32,000 nt of DNA from Aliivibrio fischeri ES114 (GTDB lineage: Bacteria; Pseudomonadota; Gammaproteobacteria; Enterobacterales; Vibrionaceae). The notes beneath the pieces are model-generated. The model searched no databases and was not told where the DNA came from. It saw only the letters and a list, made by a program, of their open reading frames with translations. Of this stretch, positions 11,414 to 21,125 are shown one piece after another; position 1 is the stretch's first letter; each line of letters opens with the position of its first letter. The stretch lies in NCBI RefSeq assembly GCF_000011805.1, contig NC_006841.2. The stretch is one strand, 5' to 3'. The translations under genes were made by a program, and so were the position numbers.

Positions 11414-12300
11414 TATTCTGTCCCCGCATTTAACGCACGTTGAATACCGTCACCAACTAAGTTGATGATGATGACTGTAAAGGTAATTACAATTCCAGGT
11501 AACGTCACTGTCCATGGTGCTGTATAAATTAACTCAACAGAATCTCCTAACATGGCTCCCCACTCGGGACTAGGAGCCTGTGCTCCTAAACCTAGAAAAC
11601 CTAACGCAGTGATATCTAAAATGGCAATAGAGATAGCAAGCGTCATTTCTGCAACCATAACGACAAGAATATTAGGTAATATGGAATTCCATAAGAGATA
11701 GAAGTTGTTTGCTCCATCTAATCGTGCAGCAAGAATATAATCCTTTTCAACCTCATTATGAACCGCTGTATAAACAGCTCGAACAAAGCGTGGGATAAGC
11801 GCGAGCCAAATAGCTAATAAAATATTAAATTCCCCAAATCCTAAAAATGCCACGAAAATGATCGCAAGCAATAAAGATGGGATAGATAAAATGGTATCGA
11901 GTAGGTGGTTTAACGTACTGGATAGTAATCCCTTTGTCATACCTGCAAAAATACCAATTACGCAGCCAACAAACCCTGATAGCAGGGCAACGATAACCGC
12001 ATAACCAAAAGTTAATTGTGATCCCATAAGTAATCGTGACAAGATATCTCTACCTAGGTCGTCAGTACCTAAGAAAAAGATAACCTCCCCCTCAGAGCTC
12101 CATGATGGAGGCATCAGTAAATAATCTGACTGCCATTGTGGATCATATGGACTTAACCATGGCGAGGTGACGGTGATAATTACAATCAGTAATAAGCACC
12201 AAAAACCGAACATCGCGAGTGAATTCGCTCGATAACTCAACCAGAAACGTTCCATTTGAGTAGGGATATGTTCTTCTTGATAAACATTATTTGAGAGCAT
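11413..12300 (-). CDS. sapC: Peptide ABC transporter permease SapC
   Basis: DppC/OppC-type permease: [76 protein letters not shown]. Confidence 0.92.
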   Translation of the reverse strand: MLSNNVYQEEHIPTQMERFWLSYRANSLAMFGFWCLLLIVIITVTSPWLSPYDPQWQSDYLLMPPSWSSEGEVIFFLGTDDLGRDILSRLLMGSQLTFGYAVIVALLSGFVGCVIGIFAGMTKGLLSSTLNHLLDTILSIPSLLLAIIFVAFLGFGEFNILLAIWLALIPRFVRAVYTAVHNEVEKDYILAARLDGANNFYLLWNSILPNILVVMVAEMTLAISIAILDITALGFLGLGAQAPSPEWGAMLGDSVELIYTAPWTVTLPGIVITFTVIIINLVGDGIQRALNAGTE

Positions 12301-13234
12301 AGAACTCTTTCCTTACTAACGGGTTAACTGCTGCACCCAGTAAATCAGATAAAATGTTGGCTAATAAAATGAATGACGCAACAGTTATAACGCCAGCCTG
12401 AATGGCGACAAAATCTTGATTAATAATGGCATCAAGTAGCCAGTGCCCAATACCTGGCCAATTAAAAATGGATTCAGTTAAGATCGCCGCGGTAAATAAG
12501 CCCGATAATTGAACTCCTAATTTTGGAATAATTGGAGGTAAAGCATTACGGATTATGTGCTTGACCATGATTTCAAATTTAGACAGGCCTTTAGTATGAG
12601 CAACTTTGATGTAGTTTTGTGTAATAACTGTTGCGACGGACGAGCGCATTAAACGAACAACTTCTGTCATCGGCGCAATGGAAAGTACTAATGTGGGTAA
12701 AATTAAATGCTGAATAATGTTCTCAAGCATTTCTGCCCGATAAGGCGATTTTGAGGCAAGCACATCAATAAAGGCAAACCCTGTTTTAGCATCGAATTCA
12801 TACAATAAGCTGTAACGACCTGAAACTGGAGTTACGCCTAGTTGTAAACCTAATAAAGCAATCCAGAATAAAGGCATGGAATAACCAACTAATGCGATTG
12901 ATGAGATTAGTGTATCTAAAGGCTTACCTCTACGCATTCCGGCAATAGTACCAATCGGCGTACCTATAATCAGTGCAATAAAGAAAGCAAAGAAACAAAG
13001 TTCGATAGTCGCAGGGAAGACTCGAAGTATTTCATTAAGCATTTTTACGCCATATTGATTAACTCCTAAATTACCGTTTAATAGTTGACCAAGATAAGTT
13101 AACCAACCAGATAAAAAAGGCGTTTGCGCCCAAGCAGATGTATCATCTAGGCGTAAAATATTAAAACCAATCAGAGTTAAAATGAGTAAGGTAATAACAA
13201 ATAAATTAAAGCGTCTAATGGTATAAATCCACAT
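12287..13234 (-). CDS. sapB: Peptide ABC transporter permease SapB
   Basis: DppB/OppB-type permease: IGTPIGTIAGMRRGKPLDTLIS, YIKVAHTKGLSKFEIMVKHIIRNALPPIIPKLGVQLSGLFTAAILTESIFNWPGIGHWLLDAI. Confidence 0.92.
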   Translation of the reverse strand: MWIYTIRRFNLFVITLLILTLIGFNILRLDDTSAWAQTPFLSGWLTYLGQLLNGNLGVNQYGVKMLNEILRVFPATIELCFFAFFIALIIGTPIGTIAGMRRGKPLDTLISSIALVGYSMPLFWIALLGLQLGVTPVSGRYSLLYEFDAKTGFAFIDVLASKSPYRAEMLENIIQHLILPTLVLSIAPMTEVVRLMRSSVATVITQNYIKVAHTKGLSKFEIMVKHIIRNALPPIIPKLGVQLSGLFTAAILTESIFNWPGIGHWLLDAIINQDFVAIQAGVITVASFILLANILSDLLGAAVNPLVRKEFYALK

Positions 13235-14859
13235 TAGTTCAACTCCTTAACTCTAACAACGTTATGGAAAGAGTAAGTATTAAAAGGGCTTAATGTGAAG
13301 CCTGTTAAAGAAGATTGATTTGCTTGATATTTAACACCGTGAGCCAGAGGGATAACGGGTAATTCTTCACTTAATACATTTTGGATTTGGCGATAAATAT
13401 TAATACGATATCTTGGTTGATTTGTTTCTTTAGCTAAATCTAATAACAGATCAAACTCCTCGTTACACCAGTTTGCAACACCAAAACCCGCTTGTTTAGC
13501 ATCACACGAAAGTAACGGTCTAAGTAATGAATCAGGATCTGAACTGTTTGCATTCCAGCCTGTAAGCACCAAATCGACATCAGCATCTTTTAATTCATTC
13601 GGATTTAAAATATCAGAGGTGAGTATTTTTAAATCTATGCCTAATTTTGCAAAGTCACTTTGAATAATCTCTGCAGATTTTTTCGGACTTGGATTGTATG
13701 AGTTATTATCCAGCGGGACCCACATGGTGAGTTCTAACCCATCTTTAACGCCGGCTTCTCGTAACAAGCCTTTGGCGTAATTGAGATCATAGCGAATGTG
13801 TGAGCTGTCATTACCATAAGCCCATGATGCGGGAGGTAAAATGGATTTTGCTTCAATTCCTGAATTGTAATAAACCGAATTAATTAGGCTAGAACGGTCG
13901 ATAGCAAAACTGAGTGCCTTTCGAACTCGTTGATCTTGTAATATCGGTTCTCGCATATTAATTGCGATATAAGCTACATTCATTGCCGTTTGTGAGTATA
14001 AAGTCAATGCATCATTAGCAATAATGATTGGTAGTTGGCTTGATATTGGATTGGCAACAACATCGCATTCTTGGCGCAGTAATTTTGCTAAAGAGCCTGT
14101 CCCTCTGCTAGAGATATCAAAGACAACTTGAGACATGTTTGCAGGACCTTGCCAGTATTGTTCATGACGCTTCAAGCGAACTAATTCACTTCTTTGGAAT
14201 TGAGCTAACTTAAATGGACCAGTACCTACTGGCTTAACATCAATTAATGTTTTTTCGTCTATTGCTGCTAATTGTTGTGCGTACTCCTCTGAATGAATAA
14301 CCGCATAGCTTGCAGCGAGAACTGATAAGAAAGTGTTATCTGGTGTTGATAAAGTAAATCGCACTTTATGAGGGGTGATTGCTTCAACAGATGTAACCAT
14401 TTGAGAAAAGTTTATGCTGTTAAACCAAGGATAGTCTCCTGAATTAACGTTATGAAATGCGTTATTTTTATCTAAGATTCGATTAAAACTGAATGCTACA
14501 TCACTAGCTGTTAAAGCTCGGGATGGAGTAAACCATTCGGTTGTATGAAATTGAACATTTTCTTTTAAATCAAATGTATAAACTGTACCCGTATCATCAA
14601 CCTGCCAAGAGGTCGCGAGGTTAGCTGAAGGTTTTTGCGTAACAGGAGCTATGATAAGCAAACGGTCATAAACTTGAGCGCTTATGGCCTCCAGAATGCT
14701 GTTGCCGTCAGAAATCTGTGGGTTGAAAAAATCCACATTTCCAGATTCACAATAAATGAATCCTGTGTCATGAATCGTTTGTTTGATCCCCGCATCATAA
14801 CAAGCTGTTAGATTAAATAATCCAGTAGCAGCTATGAGTAGGCGCGCAATAATCTTCAT
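13234..14859 (-). CDS. sapA: Peptide ABC transporter periplasmic substrate-binding protein SapA
   Basis: Signal peptide with lipobox-like LTAC, SBP family 5 features (YDRLL...LATSWQVDDTGTVYTFDLKENVQFH); first gene of the sap cluster. Confidence 0.92.
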   Translation of the reverse strand: MKIIARLLIAATGLFNLTACYDAGIKQTIHDTGFIYCESGNVDFFNPQISDGNSILEAISAQVYDRLLIIAPVTQKPSANLATSWQVDDTGTVYTFDLKENVQFHTTEWFTPSRALTASDVAFSFNRILDKNNAFHNVNSGDYPWFNSINFSQMVTSVEAITPHKVRFTLSTPDNTFLSVLAASYAVIHSEEYAQQLAAIDEKTLIDVKPVGTGPFKLAQFQRSELVRLKRHEQYWQGPANMSQVVFDISSRGTGSLAKLLRQECDVVANPISSQLPIIIANDALTLYSQTAMNVAYIAINMREPILQDQRVRKALSFAIDRSSLINSVYYNSGIEAKSILPPASWAYGNDSSHIRYDLNYAKGLLREAGVKDGLELTMWVPLDNNSYNPSPKKSAEIIQSDFAKLGIDLKILTSDILNPNELKDADVDLVLTGWNANSSDPDSLLRPLLSCDAKQAGFGVANWCNEEFDLLLDLAKETNQPRYRINIYRQIQNVLSEELPVIPLAHGVKYQANQSSLTGFTLSPFNTYSFHNVVRVKELN

Positions 14860-14936
14860 AATGACCGTAGTTTTATCGATTTAAATTAATGAACCTGCCA
14901 TTTTATACCCAAGTGACTGGTTCTGCACTCAAATAT

Positions 14937-15956
14937 CTAAGAATATCCCTTGATTGTGGTCAAGAGTTGATGTTTTTTTAATAATCCACGAAATTGATGG
15001 TAAGTAATGCCTAATTCTTCAGCAGCTTTTCGTTGGTGGTACTGTGTTTCAACTAATGCTTGTTGCAGTAATTCTTTTTCTTGATCTAATTGAAATTGCT
15101 TTAGATTCAAAGGTAAAGATGGTTTGCTATCTTGCGTTACCGTCTTGTTGATTATAGTTGAAGAATTTTTTGTTGGCGCATTTTCCCAAGGTGCAATAAA
15201 TGGGTTTATTTGAATGGATTCTATCTGAGCTTCTTCATGGTTATGTTTAAATACCGCTCGTTCAATACAATTACGAAGTTCGCGAACATTACCTGGCCAG
15301 TCATAATCTAAAATTTGATGTTTAGCTTGGTGCGAGAAACCAGCGAAATAAGTAAGGTTCATTTCCTGACACATTTTGATTGCAAAATGTTCTGCAAGTA
15401 ATAAAACATCGTTTTCACGGTATCGCAGTGGTGGTAGATGAATGACATCAAAAGAGAGTCTATCTAATAGATCTGCTCGAAATTTTTTCTCATTAACCAT
15501 TTCTTGAGGGTTTTGATTAGTTGCACAAATTAGACGAACATTGGCTTTTAATGTTTGTGACCCACCAACTCGTTCATATTCACCATACTCAATCACTCTA
15601 AGTAGCTTTTCTTGTACAGTAAGAGGAGCAGTAGTGAGTTCATCTAAAAATAAAGAGCCGCCATCGGCACGTTCAAATCGACCTTGATGACGTTGCTTTG
15701 CACCCGTAAAAGATCCTGCATCGTGGCCGAAAAGTTCCGAATCGAGAGTTCCGGAGTTTAGAGCTGCACAATTTAAGCTAATCAATGGCTCATTCCAGCG
15801 TCTAGATAAAAAATGCAAACGCTGAGCAATTAACTCTTTACCTGTTCCTCTTTCACCAAGGATTAGTATCGGTCTATCAATTGTCGCTAATTGTGAAGCA
15901 TGGTCTAACGCAGATAAGAATGCATCAGACTCCCCAACTAAACTGTCTTTTCTCAT
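14937..15956 (-). CDS. pspF: Psp operon sigma54-dependent activator PspF
   Basis: AAA+ activator motifs GERGTGKE, SLNCAALNSGTLDSELFGHDAGSFTGAKQRHQGRFERADGGSLFLDE; no N-terminal receiver domain; short C-terminal HTH; divergent from pspA. Confidence 0.93.
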   Translation of the reverse strand: MRKDSLVGESDAFLSALDHASQLATIDRPILILGERGTGKELIAQRLHFLSRRWNEPLISLNCAALNSGTLDSELFGHDAGSFTGAKQRHQGRFERADGGSLFLDELTTAPLTVQEKLLRVIEYGEYERVGGSQTLKANVRLICATNQNPQEMVNEKKFRADLLDRLSFDVIHLPPLRYRENDVLLLAEHFAIKMCQEMNLTYFAGFSHQAKHQILDYDWPGNVRELRNCIERAVFKHNHEEAQIESIQINPFIAPWENAPTKNSSTIINKTVTQDSKPSLPLNLKQFQLDQEKELLQQALVETQYHQRKAAEELGITYHQFRGLLKKHQLLTTIKGYS

Positions 15957-16069
15957 CAGATCTCCATTCTTATGGTTATTTTGACCAAAAAGTAGTGGTT
16001 TTAATCATGACTTATTTTTATTGTGTGGTCAATTTTAAATAAGTTATTGATTTTTATGGAGTGAAAAAG

Positions 16070-16085
16070 TGGCATGCATTGTGTA
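16070..16085 (+). promoter_or_regulatory. Candidate sigma54 promoter for pspABC
   Basis: TGGCATGCATTGTGTA against consensus TGGCAYRNNNNTTGCW; -24 part perfect, -12 part weak; about 50 bp upstream of pspA and facing it. Confidence 0.7.
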
Positions 16086-16131
16086 ATAGCTATATTAAAA
16101 GCAAAATCGTTTATTTAGTGAGGATTCAATT

Positions 16132-16797
16132 ATGGGTATTTTTTCACGTTTTGCAGATATCGTTAATTCTAATGTAACTTCTTTATTGGATAAGGCTGAA
16201 AATCCAGAAAAAATGATCCGTTTGATCATTCAAGAGATGGAAGATACGTTAGTTGAGGTACGCACAGCATCAGCAAAAGCGTTGGCAGATAAAAAAGAGT
16301 TAACTCGCAAAATTAGCTCTATTGAAGCACAAGTTGCTGATTGGCAAGATAAAGCAAGTTTGGCATTACTTAAACAAAGAGAAGATCTTGCGCGTTCAGC
16401 ATTAATTGAAAAACAAAAAGTTCAGGATATTCTTTCTAGCTTAAAAACCGAATTTATTTTGGTAGAAGAGAGTATTGAGAAGCTGAGCGCAGAATTAATT
16501 GAGTTAGAAACTAAACTGACAGAAACAAGAGCAAGACAACAAGCATTAGTCATTCGCCAACAAACTGCACAGCATAGGAATGACATAAAATCACATACAC
16601 ATTCGGGTAAGACAGAACGTGCTATGGCTAAATTTGAGCAATATGAACGCCGAATTGATGAGTTAGATGCTAAAGCTGACAGTTACTCTATTGGAAAAGC
16701 AAATTCATTAGAACAAGAGTTTGCTGAACTGCAAGCGCAAGATGAAATTGATAAAGAAATTGAGCGTCTAAAAGAACAAATGAAGAAAGACGCATAG
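16132..16797 (+). CDS. pspA: Phage shock protein A
   Basis: MGIFSRFADIVNSNVTSLLDKAENPEKMIRLIIQEMEDTLVEVR, PspA/IM30 family coiled coil. Confidence 0.96.
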   Translation: MGIFSRFADIVNSNVTSLLDKAENPEKMIRLIIQEMEDTLVEVRTASAKALADKKELTRKISSIEAQVADWQDKASLALLKQREDLARSALIEKQKVQDILSSLKTEFILVEESIEKLSAELIELETKLTETRARQQALVIRQQTAQHRNDIKSHTHSGKTERAMAKFEQYERRIDELDAKADSYSIGKANSLEQEFAELQAQDEIDKEIERLKEQMKKDA

Positions 16798-16860
16798 TCT
16801 TCTACCTGAGCAACAATTATCTGAATGGGTAGAGAGTTAATAATTATTTAGGAGAAAACA

Positions 16861-17085
16861 ATGAGTAGCTTTTTTGCTTTCCCATTGGCTGTATTTTTTA
16901 TTTTTGTTGCACCTTTATGGTTGTTTTTGCATTACCGAAATAAAGGCAAAGCAGGCCAAGGTTTGTCATACGAAGATGGTCAGTTATTGAAATCAATGAC
17001 AGAACGTGCAGATAAAATGCAAAAACGCATTGAAACGTTAGAGAAAATCCTAGATTCGGAGTCCCCAAGTTGGAGGGAGCGCTAA
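16861..17085 (+). CDS. pspB: Phage shock protein B
   Basis: Small TM protein MSSFFAFPLAVFFIFVAPLWLFLHYRNKGKAGQGLS...RADKMQKRIETLEKILD in psp context. Confidence 0.92.
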   Translation: MSSFFAFPLAVFFIFVAPLWLFLHYRNKGKAGQGLSYEDGQLLKSMTERADKMQKRIETLEKILDSESPSWRER

Positions 17086-17471
17086 TGTCACGAGAGTTAT
17101 ATAGAGATACTCGAAACGGAAAAATTGGAGGAGTATGCGCTGGTATTGCTCAATACTTTGGAGTAGAACCTTGGATTGTACGCATATTAGTGGTTTCCGC
17201 TGCGCTTTTTAGTGCGGGCTTTTTAGTTATGCTAGCGTATTTTGCTGGGATGCTATTTTTGGATAAAGCACCTATCGAAATGTATTACCGAGCAGAAGAA
17301 AGTCGTGAGCATACAGTAAAAAGTAAGCCATGGCAGGCAGGGCAATCTGCATCAGAGGTAATTAAGCGTGTAGATCGTGATATGGCAAGAATGGAAGAGA
17401 AAATTCGCCGTATGGAAGGCTATGTAACCTCTTCTGAATATAAAGTACGTAAAGAGTTTCGTAACTTATAA
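17085..17471 (+). CDS. pspC: Phage shock protein C (ORF extends to TTG 17070; ATG 17085 overlapping pspB TAA preferred)
   Basis: PspC domain: RELYRDTRNGKIGGVCAGIAQYFGVEPWIVRILVVSAALFSAGFLVMLAYFAGML. Confidence 0.93.
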   Translation: MSRELYRDTRNGKIGGVCAGIAQYFGVEPWIVRILVVSAALFSAGFLVMLAYFAGMLFLDKAPIEMYYRAEESREHTVKSKPWQAGQSASEVIKRVDRDMARMEEKIRRMEGYVTSSEYKVRKEFRNL

Positions 17472-17566
17472 CCTTATTTATAACAAAGTAATACCTTGTT
17501 CATGGAGTGTTCAGATTAGGTTCTGTACACTCCACTTTGTATGAATGAATAAAGTGAGAACAATAA

Positions 17567-18964
17567 ATGAGTAAATTAGCTAAAGAAATGAACAGATGGG
17601 TTAGTCGTAGTATGGATCGCCATGTGAAATTGGCTGTCACAGGACTTTCTCGTGCAGGTAAGACTGCATTTATCACCTCTTTAGTTAATCAATGCTTGCA
17701 TGCCTCTACAAGTGACAAGCTACCCTTGTTATCTGCGAGTCGTGAAGGGCGAATGATTGGAGCCAAACGAGTTCCGCAATCTAACCTATCTATTCCAAGT
17801 TTTACTTATGACGACGGAATGGATTCACTGTTATCTGATCCACCAACTTGGCCAGAACCAACAAGAGACGTTAGTGAACTACGTTTAGCCATTAAATTTA
17901 AACCTAAGTCTGGGGTGCTTAAGCATTTTCAGGACAGCGCAACTCTGTTTGTCGATATTGTTGACTATCCCGGTGAGTGGTTATTAGATCTGCCTTTGTT
18001 GGATATGGATTATTTGGCATGGTCAAAACAACAGCAAGCTAATTTAACAGGGCATAGAAAAGTGCTTTCAGAGGCGTGGTTGCAAGAAGCGAAACAGTTA
18101 GATCCTCTGGCACCTGTTGATGAAAAAAAATTGGCACGTATTGCTGATGCATTTACTGATTATTTGCACACTTGTAAAAATGAAAAGGGACTGCATTGGG
18201 TACAACCTGGTCGCTTTGTGTTACCTGGAGAGCTTGCTGGTGCGCCAGTTTTGCAATTTTTTCCGTTTATGTTTTTACATAAATACACAGAAGAAGAGTT
18301 AGCAAAAGCAAAGAAAGGGTCAAATATTGCTGTGCTCAAGCAACGTTATAAGCATTACCAACAGAATGTGGTTAAAAAATTCTATAACGACCATTTTCGC
18401 CATTTTGATCGTCAGATTGTTTTAGTTGACTGTTTGCAGCCATTAAATGCAGGGGAAAATTCATTTAATGATATGCGACAAGCAATAGATCAATTAATGC
18501 ACAGTTTTCAATATGGCAAGAGCTCATTACTTAAGCGTTTATTTTCGCCAAAAATAGACAAGGTATTATTTGCCGCAACAAAAGCGGATCATGTTACTCC
18601 AGAACAGCACCCTAATATGGTGTCGTTGCTTCAACAAATGATTTATCAAACATGGCAAGAAACCGCTTATGAAGGAATTAAGATGGAGTGCATGAGCATT
18701 GCTTCTATTCAGGCAACGACTGCGGGAATGATTGATGAAGATGGTGAAATCTTTGCAGCAATTTCTGGAATAAATACAGCTCAACAACCAATGATGATGT
18801 TTCCTGGAGAAGTACCAAAACGTATACCAAGTAAAGCGTACTGGGAAACAGAACCATTTAATTTTATGAGTTTTCAGCCATTAAAAAATGAGAATGATAG
18901 ACCGTTACAGCATATTCGAATGGATAAAGCGATACAGTTCTTATTGGGAGATAAATTGATATGA
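17567..18964 (+). CDS. ycjX: YcjX-like P-loop ATPase/GTPase of the psp neighbourhood
   Basis: P-loop GLSRAGKTAFITSLVNQ, PSFTYDDGMDSLL, VDIVDYPGEWLLDLPLL; directly followed by ycjF. Confidence 0.92.
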   Translation: MSKLAKEMNRWVSRSMDRHVKLAVTGLSRAGKTAFITSLVNQCLHASTSDKLPLLSASREGRMIGAKRVPQSNLSIPSFTYDDGMDSLLSDPPTWPEPTRDVSELRLAIKFKPKSGVLKHFQDSATLFVDIVDYPGEWLLDLPLLDMDYLAWSKQQQANLTGHRKVLSEAWLQEAKQLDPLAPVDEKKLARIADAFTDYLHTCKNEKGLHWVQPGRFVLPGELAGAPVLQFFPFMFLHKYTEEELAKAKKGSNIAVLKQRYKHYQQNVVKKFYNDHFRHFDRQIVLVDCLQPLNAGENSFNDMRQAIDQLMHSFQYGKSSLLKRLFSPKIDKVLFAATKADHVTPEQHPNMVSLLQQMIYQTWQETAYEGIKMECMSIASIQATTAGMIDEDGEIFAAISGINTAQQPMMMFPGEVPKRIPSKAYWETEPFNFMSFQPLKNENDRPLQHIRMDKAIQFLLGDKLI

Positions 18965-19986
18965 GTGAATTAAAAAAACAGCGTGTTTTTCAATCGCAGG
19001 AACTAAAACAACAAGATGTAATTGAATCGCTGAACACTCAAAAATTGTTTAATGATAATGTGACATTTATTCCTCAGAAGACTGAGGATGAAGAGGAGCT
19101 AGATAGCTCTGATATAGAAATGTCATTGATAAAAAAGAGAACGCATTGGAGCATTAAAACTCTGATTATTGGTTTTTTAGGTTTAACGCTTTGGCAGAGT
19201 ATTGATCATGTCATTACTGCAATTCAATCGGCAAATTTTCTTTCATTAGGGTGGGCTGGATTAATCAGTTTTGCAGCATTACTGGGTGTGACGGCTATTG
19301 GTCGAGAGTTATTGACACTTCGTAAGTTAAAAGATCGTGCAGAGCTTCAAGAGCAAGTTACTGAACTGATTGATGGGAATGGCATAGGGCAAGCAAAGGT
19401 GTTTTGTGAAGGTTTGGCTAGAAAAAACTTGAAACTTAACCCTATTGAATATACTCGCTGGCAGAACAGCATTGAACCACATCACAGCAATGCTGAAGTA
19501 TTTGAAATGTACGATAGCATGGTCATCTCTGTTCAAGATAAACGAGCAAAAGCGTTAATAAGTAAGCATGCTGGTGAATCTGCTCTAATGGTTGCATTAA
19601 GCCCTTTAGCCGTGGTCGATATGTTATTAGTTGCATGGCGTAATATCAGATTAATAGAGCAAGTATCCGAAGTTTACGGGGTTGAATTAGGCTATTGGGG
19701 CCGCTTGCGTCTGTTTAAAATGGTTCTACAAAATATGGCTTTTGCTGGAGCAACAGAAATAGTAACGGATGTTGGTGTTGATATGCTTTCTACTGGTTTA
19801 GCTGGAAAATTATCAACTCGTGCAGCTCAAGGTTTAGGCATTGGTTTAATTACGGCTCGTTTTGGTTTGAAAACCATGAACTTAATGCGTCCATTGCCTT
19901 GGATGAATGATGAAGCCCCTAAATTATCTGATATGCGTAAAACGATAGTTACTCAGCTGGCATCAAAGTTAGGTACTCAAAATTAA
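18961..19986 (+). CDS. ycjF: YcjF-like inner membrane protein (DUF697)
   Basis: Two central TM segments, C-terminal SALMVALSPLAVVDMLLVAWRNIRLIEQVSEVYGVELGYWGRLRLFKMVLQNMAFAGATE; 4-bp overlap with ycjX. Confidence 0.92.
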   Translation: MSELKKQRVFQSQELKQQDVIESLNTQKLFNDNVTFIPQKTEDEEELDSSDIEMSLIKKRTHWSIKTLIIGFLGLTLWQSIDHVITAIQSANFLSLGWAGLISFAALLGVTAIGRELLTLRKLKDRAELQEQVTELIDGNGIGQAKVFCEGLARKNLKLNPIEYTRWQNSIEPHHSNAEVFEMYDSMVISVQDKRAKALISKHAGESALMVALSPLAVVDMLLVAWRNIRLIEQVSEVYGVELGYWGRLRLFKMVLQNMAFAGATEIVTDVGVDMLSTGLAGKLSTRAAQGLGIGLITARFGLKTMNLMRPLPWMNDEAPKLSDMRKTIVTQLASKLGTQN

Positions 19987-20048
19987 AACTAATTAGCATC
20001 TTCATAAAAAATCATACTATTTACAAATCAATTAATGATAGTATGACG

Positions 20049-20135
20049 CCATTAGTCGGGGAGCCAATAGGCTGAGATCGCAATAGCGAACCCGTTGAAC
20101 CTGATTCAGTTAGTACTGACGTAGGGAACTAATGG
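20049..20135 (+). promoter_or_regulatory. TPP riboswitch aptamer (THI element)
   Basis: P1 arms CCATTAGT/ACTAATGG enclosing CGGGGAGCC...GGCTGAGAT...AACCCGTTGAACCTGATTCAGTTAGTACTGACGTAGGGAA, followed by thiamine genes. Confidence 0.96.
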
Positions 20136-20217
20136 TCCTTTTGACACGATCTTTTTAGATCCGTTTCTTTTGGTGAGATCTTACGCTTATACGTAGGAGT
20201 AATCTCATTTGACTGTT

Positions 20218-20241
20218 TTTCCTAGACGTCAGTTAGGGAAA
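20218..20241 (+). promoter_or_regulatory. Putative ribosome-binding-site sequestering hairpin before thiD (expression platform)
   Basis: TTTCCTA gacgtcagt TAG(G)GAAA: 7-bp stem with one bulged G; the 3' arm contains the thiD SD-like AGGGA about 7 nt before ATG 20247. Confidence 0.55.
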
Positions 20242-20246
20242 TTAAC

Positions 20247-21125
20247 ATGTCTACATTCACAGCGATAACTTCTTCTAAATCATCCATTCTAAATAATTTA
20301 GCAGCAACTCCTATAGTATTAACCATTGCTGGATCTGATAGTGGTGGTGGTGCCGGTATTCAAGCTGATATTAAAGCTATTTCAGCTACAGGGGGATATG
20401 CCTGCTCTGTTCTTACGGCATTAACGGCTCAAAATACTCAAGGGGTAACAGGAATTTATCCAGTTAGTGGTGAATTTGTTGAACAACAGCTTGATGCCGT
20501 TTTTTCTGATTTAAATGTGATTGCCGTTAAAATTGGAATGTTGAGTGACTCTGATATTATTCACTCTGTAGCTAAAAAAATTAAACAATATGCTCCTCAA
20601 TTTCTAGTGGTTGACCCTGTTATGGTAGCAACTAGTGGAGATTTACTTCTTCAAGCATCTGCAATTGATAGCCTTAAGTCTGAACTACTTCCTCTTGCCG
20701 ATGTAATCACTCCAAACCTCCCTGAAGCCGCAGCATTAATTAATGCTCAAGTGCCAAAAAATGAAGTCGAAATGACAGCAATGATCAATCAACTTCGTCA
20801 ATTAGGTGCTAAGTCGGTTTTATTGAAAGGCGGGCATCTAGAAGATGATACCAATAGTACCGATTTACTTATTCTTTCTGATACCGTTGAGCGTTTATCA
20901 ACGGCACGTATTGAAACTCGCAATACTCACGGAACAGGATGTACTTTATCTTCTGCGATTGCTTCGTATTTAGCTCAAGGTCATGAATTACAAACCGCTG
21001 TGACATTAGGTAAGCATTACATTACTCAGGCAATTATTCATGCGGATGACTTGAATATTGGTCAGGGACATGGGCCAGTTAATCATTTTTTTGCGTTGAA
21101 TGTAAAAGAGTTGCGTGATGAATAA
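20247..21125 (+). CDS. thiD: Hydroxymethylpyrimidine/phosphomethylpyrimidine kinase ThiD
   Basis: TIAGSDSGGGAGIQADIKAISATGGYACSVLTALTAQNT, LKGGH, THGTGCTLSSAIA. Confidence 0.95.
   Translation: MSTFTAITSSKSSILNNLAATPIVLTIAGSDSGGGAGIQADIKAISATGGYACSVLTALTAQNTQGVTGIYPVSGEFVEQQLDAVFSDLNVIAVKIGMLSDSDIIHSVAKKIKQYAPQFLVVDPVMVATSGDLLLQASAIDSLKSELLPLADVITPNLPEAAALINAQVPKNEVEMTAMINQLRQLGAKSVLLKGGHLEDDTNSTDLLILSDTVERLSTARIETRNTHGTGCTLSSAIASYLAQGHELQTAVTLGKHYITQAIIHADDLNIGQGHGPVNHFFALNVKELRDE

Noticed and set aside
9909-11465. Plus-strand ORFs 9909..10112 and 10989..11465 and minus-strand ORF 10468..10674
   Set aside because: They lie inside or antisense to sapF/sapD, which have full domain support. 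The 158-aa ORF is long but low-complexity in style and lacks recognisable motifs.
18117-19536. ORFs 18117..18302, 18566..18787, 19327..19536
   Set aside because: Shadows within ycjX and ycjF.
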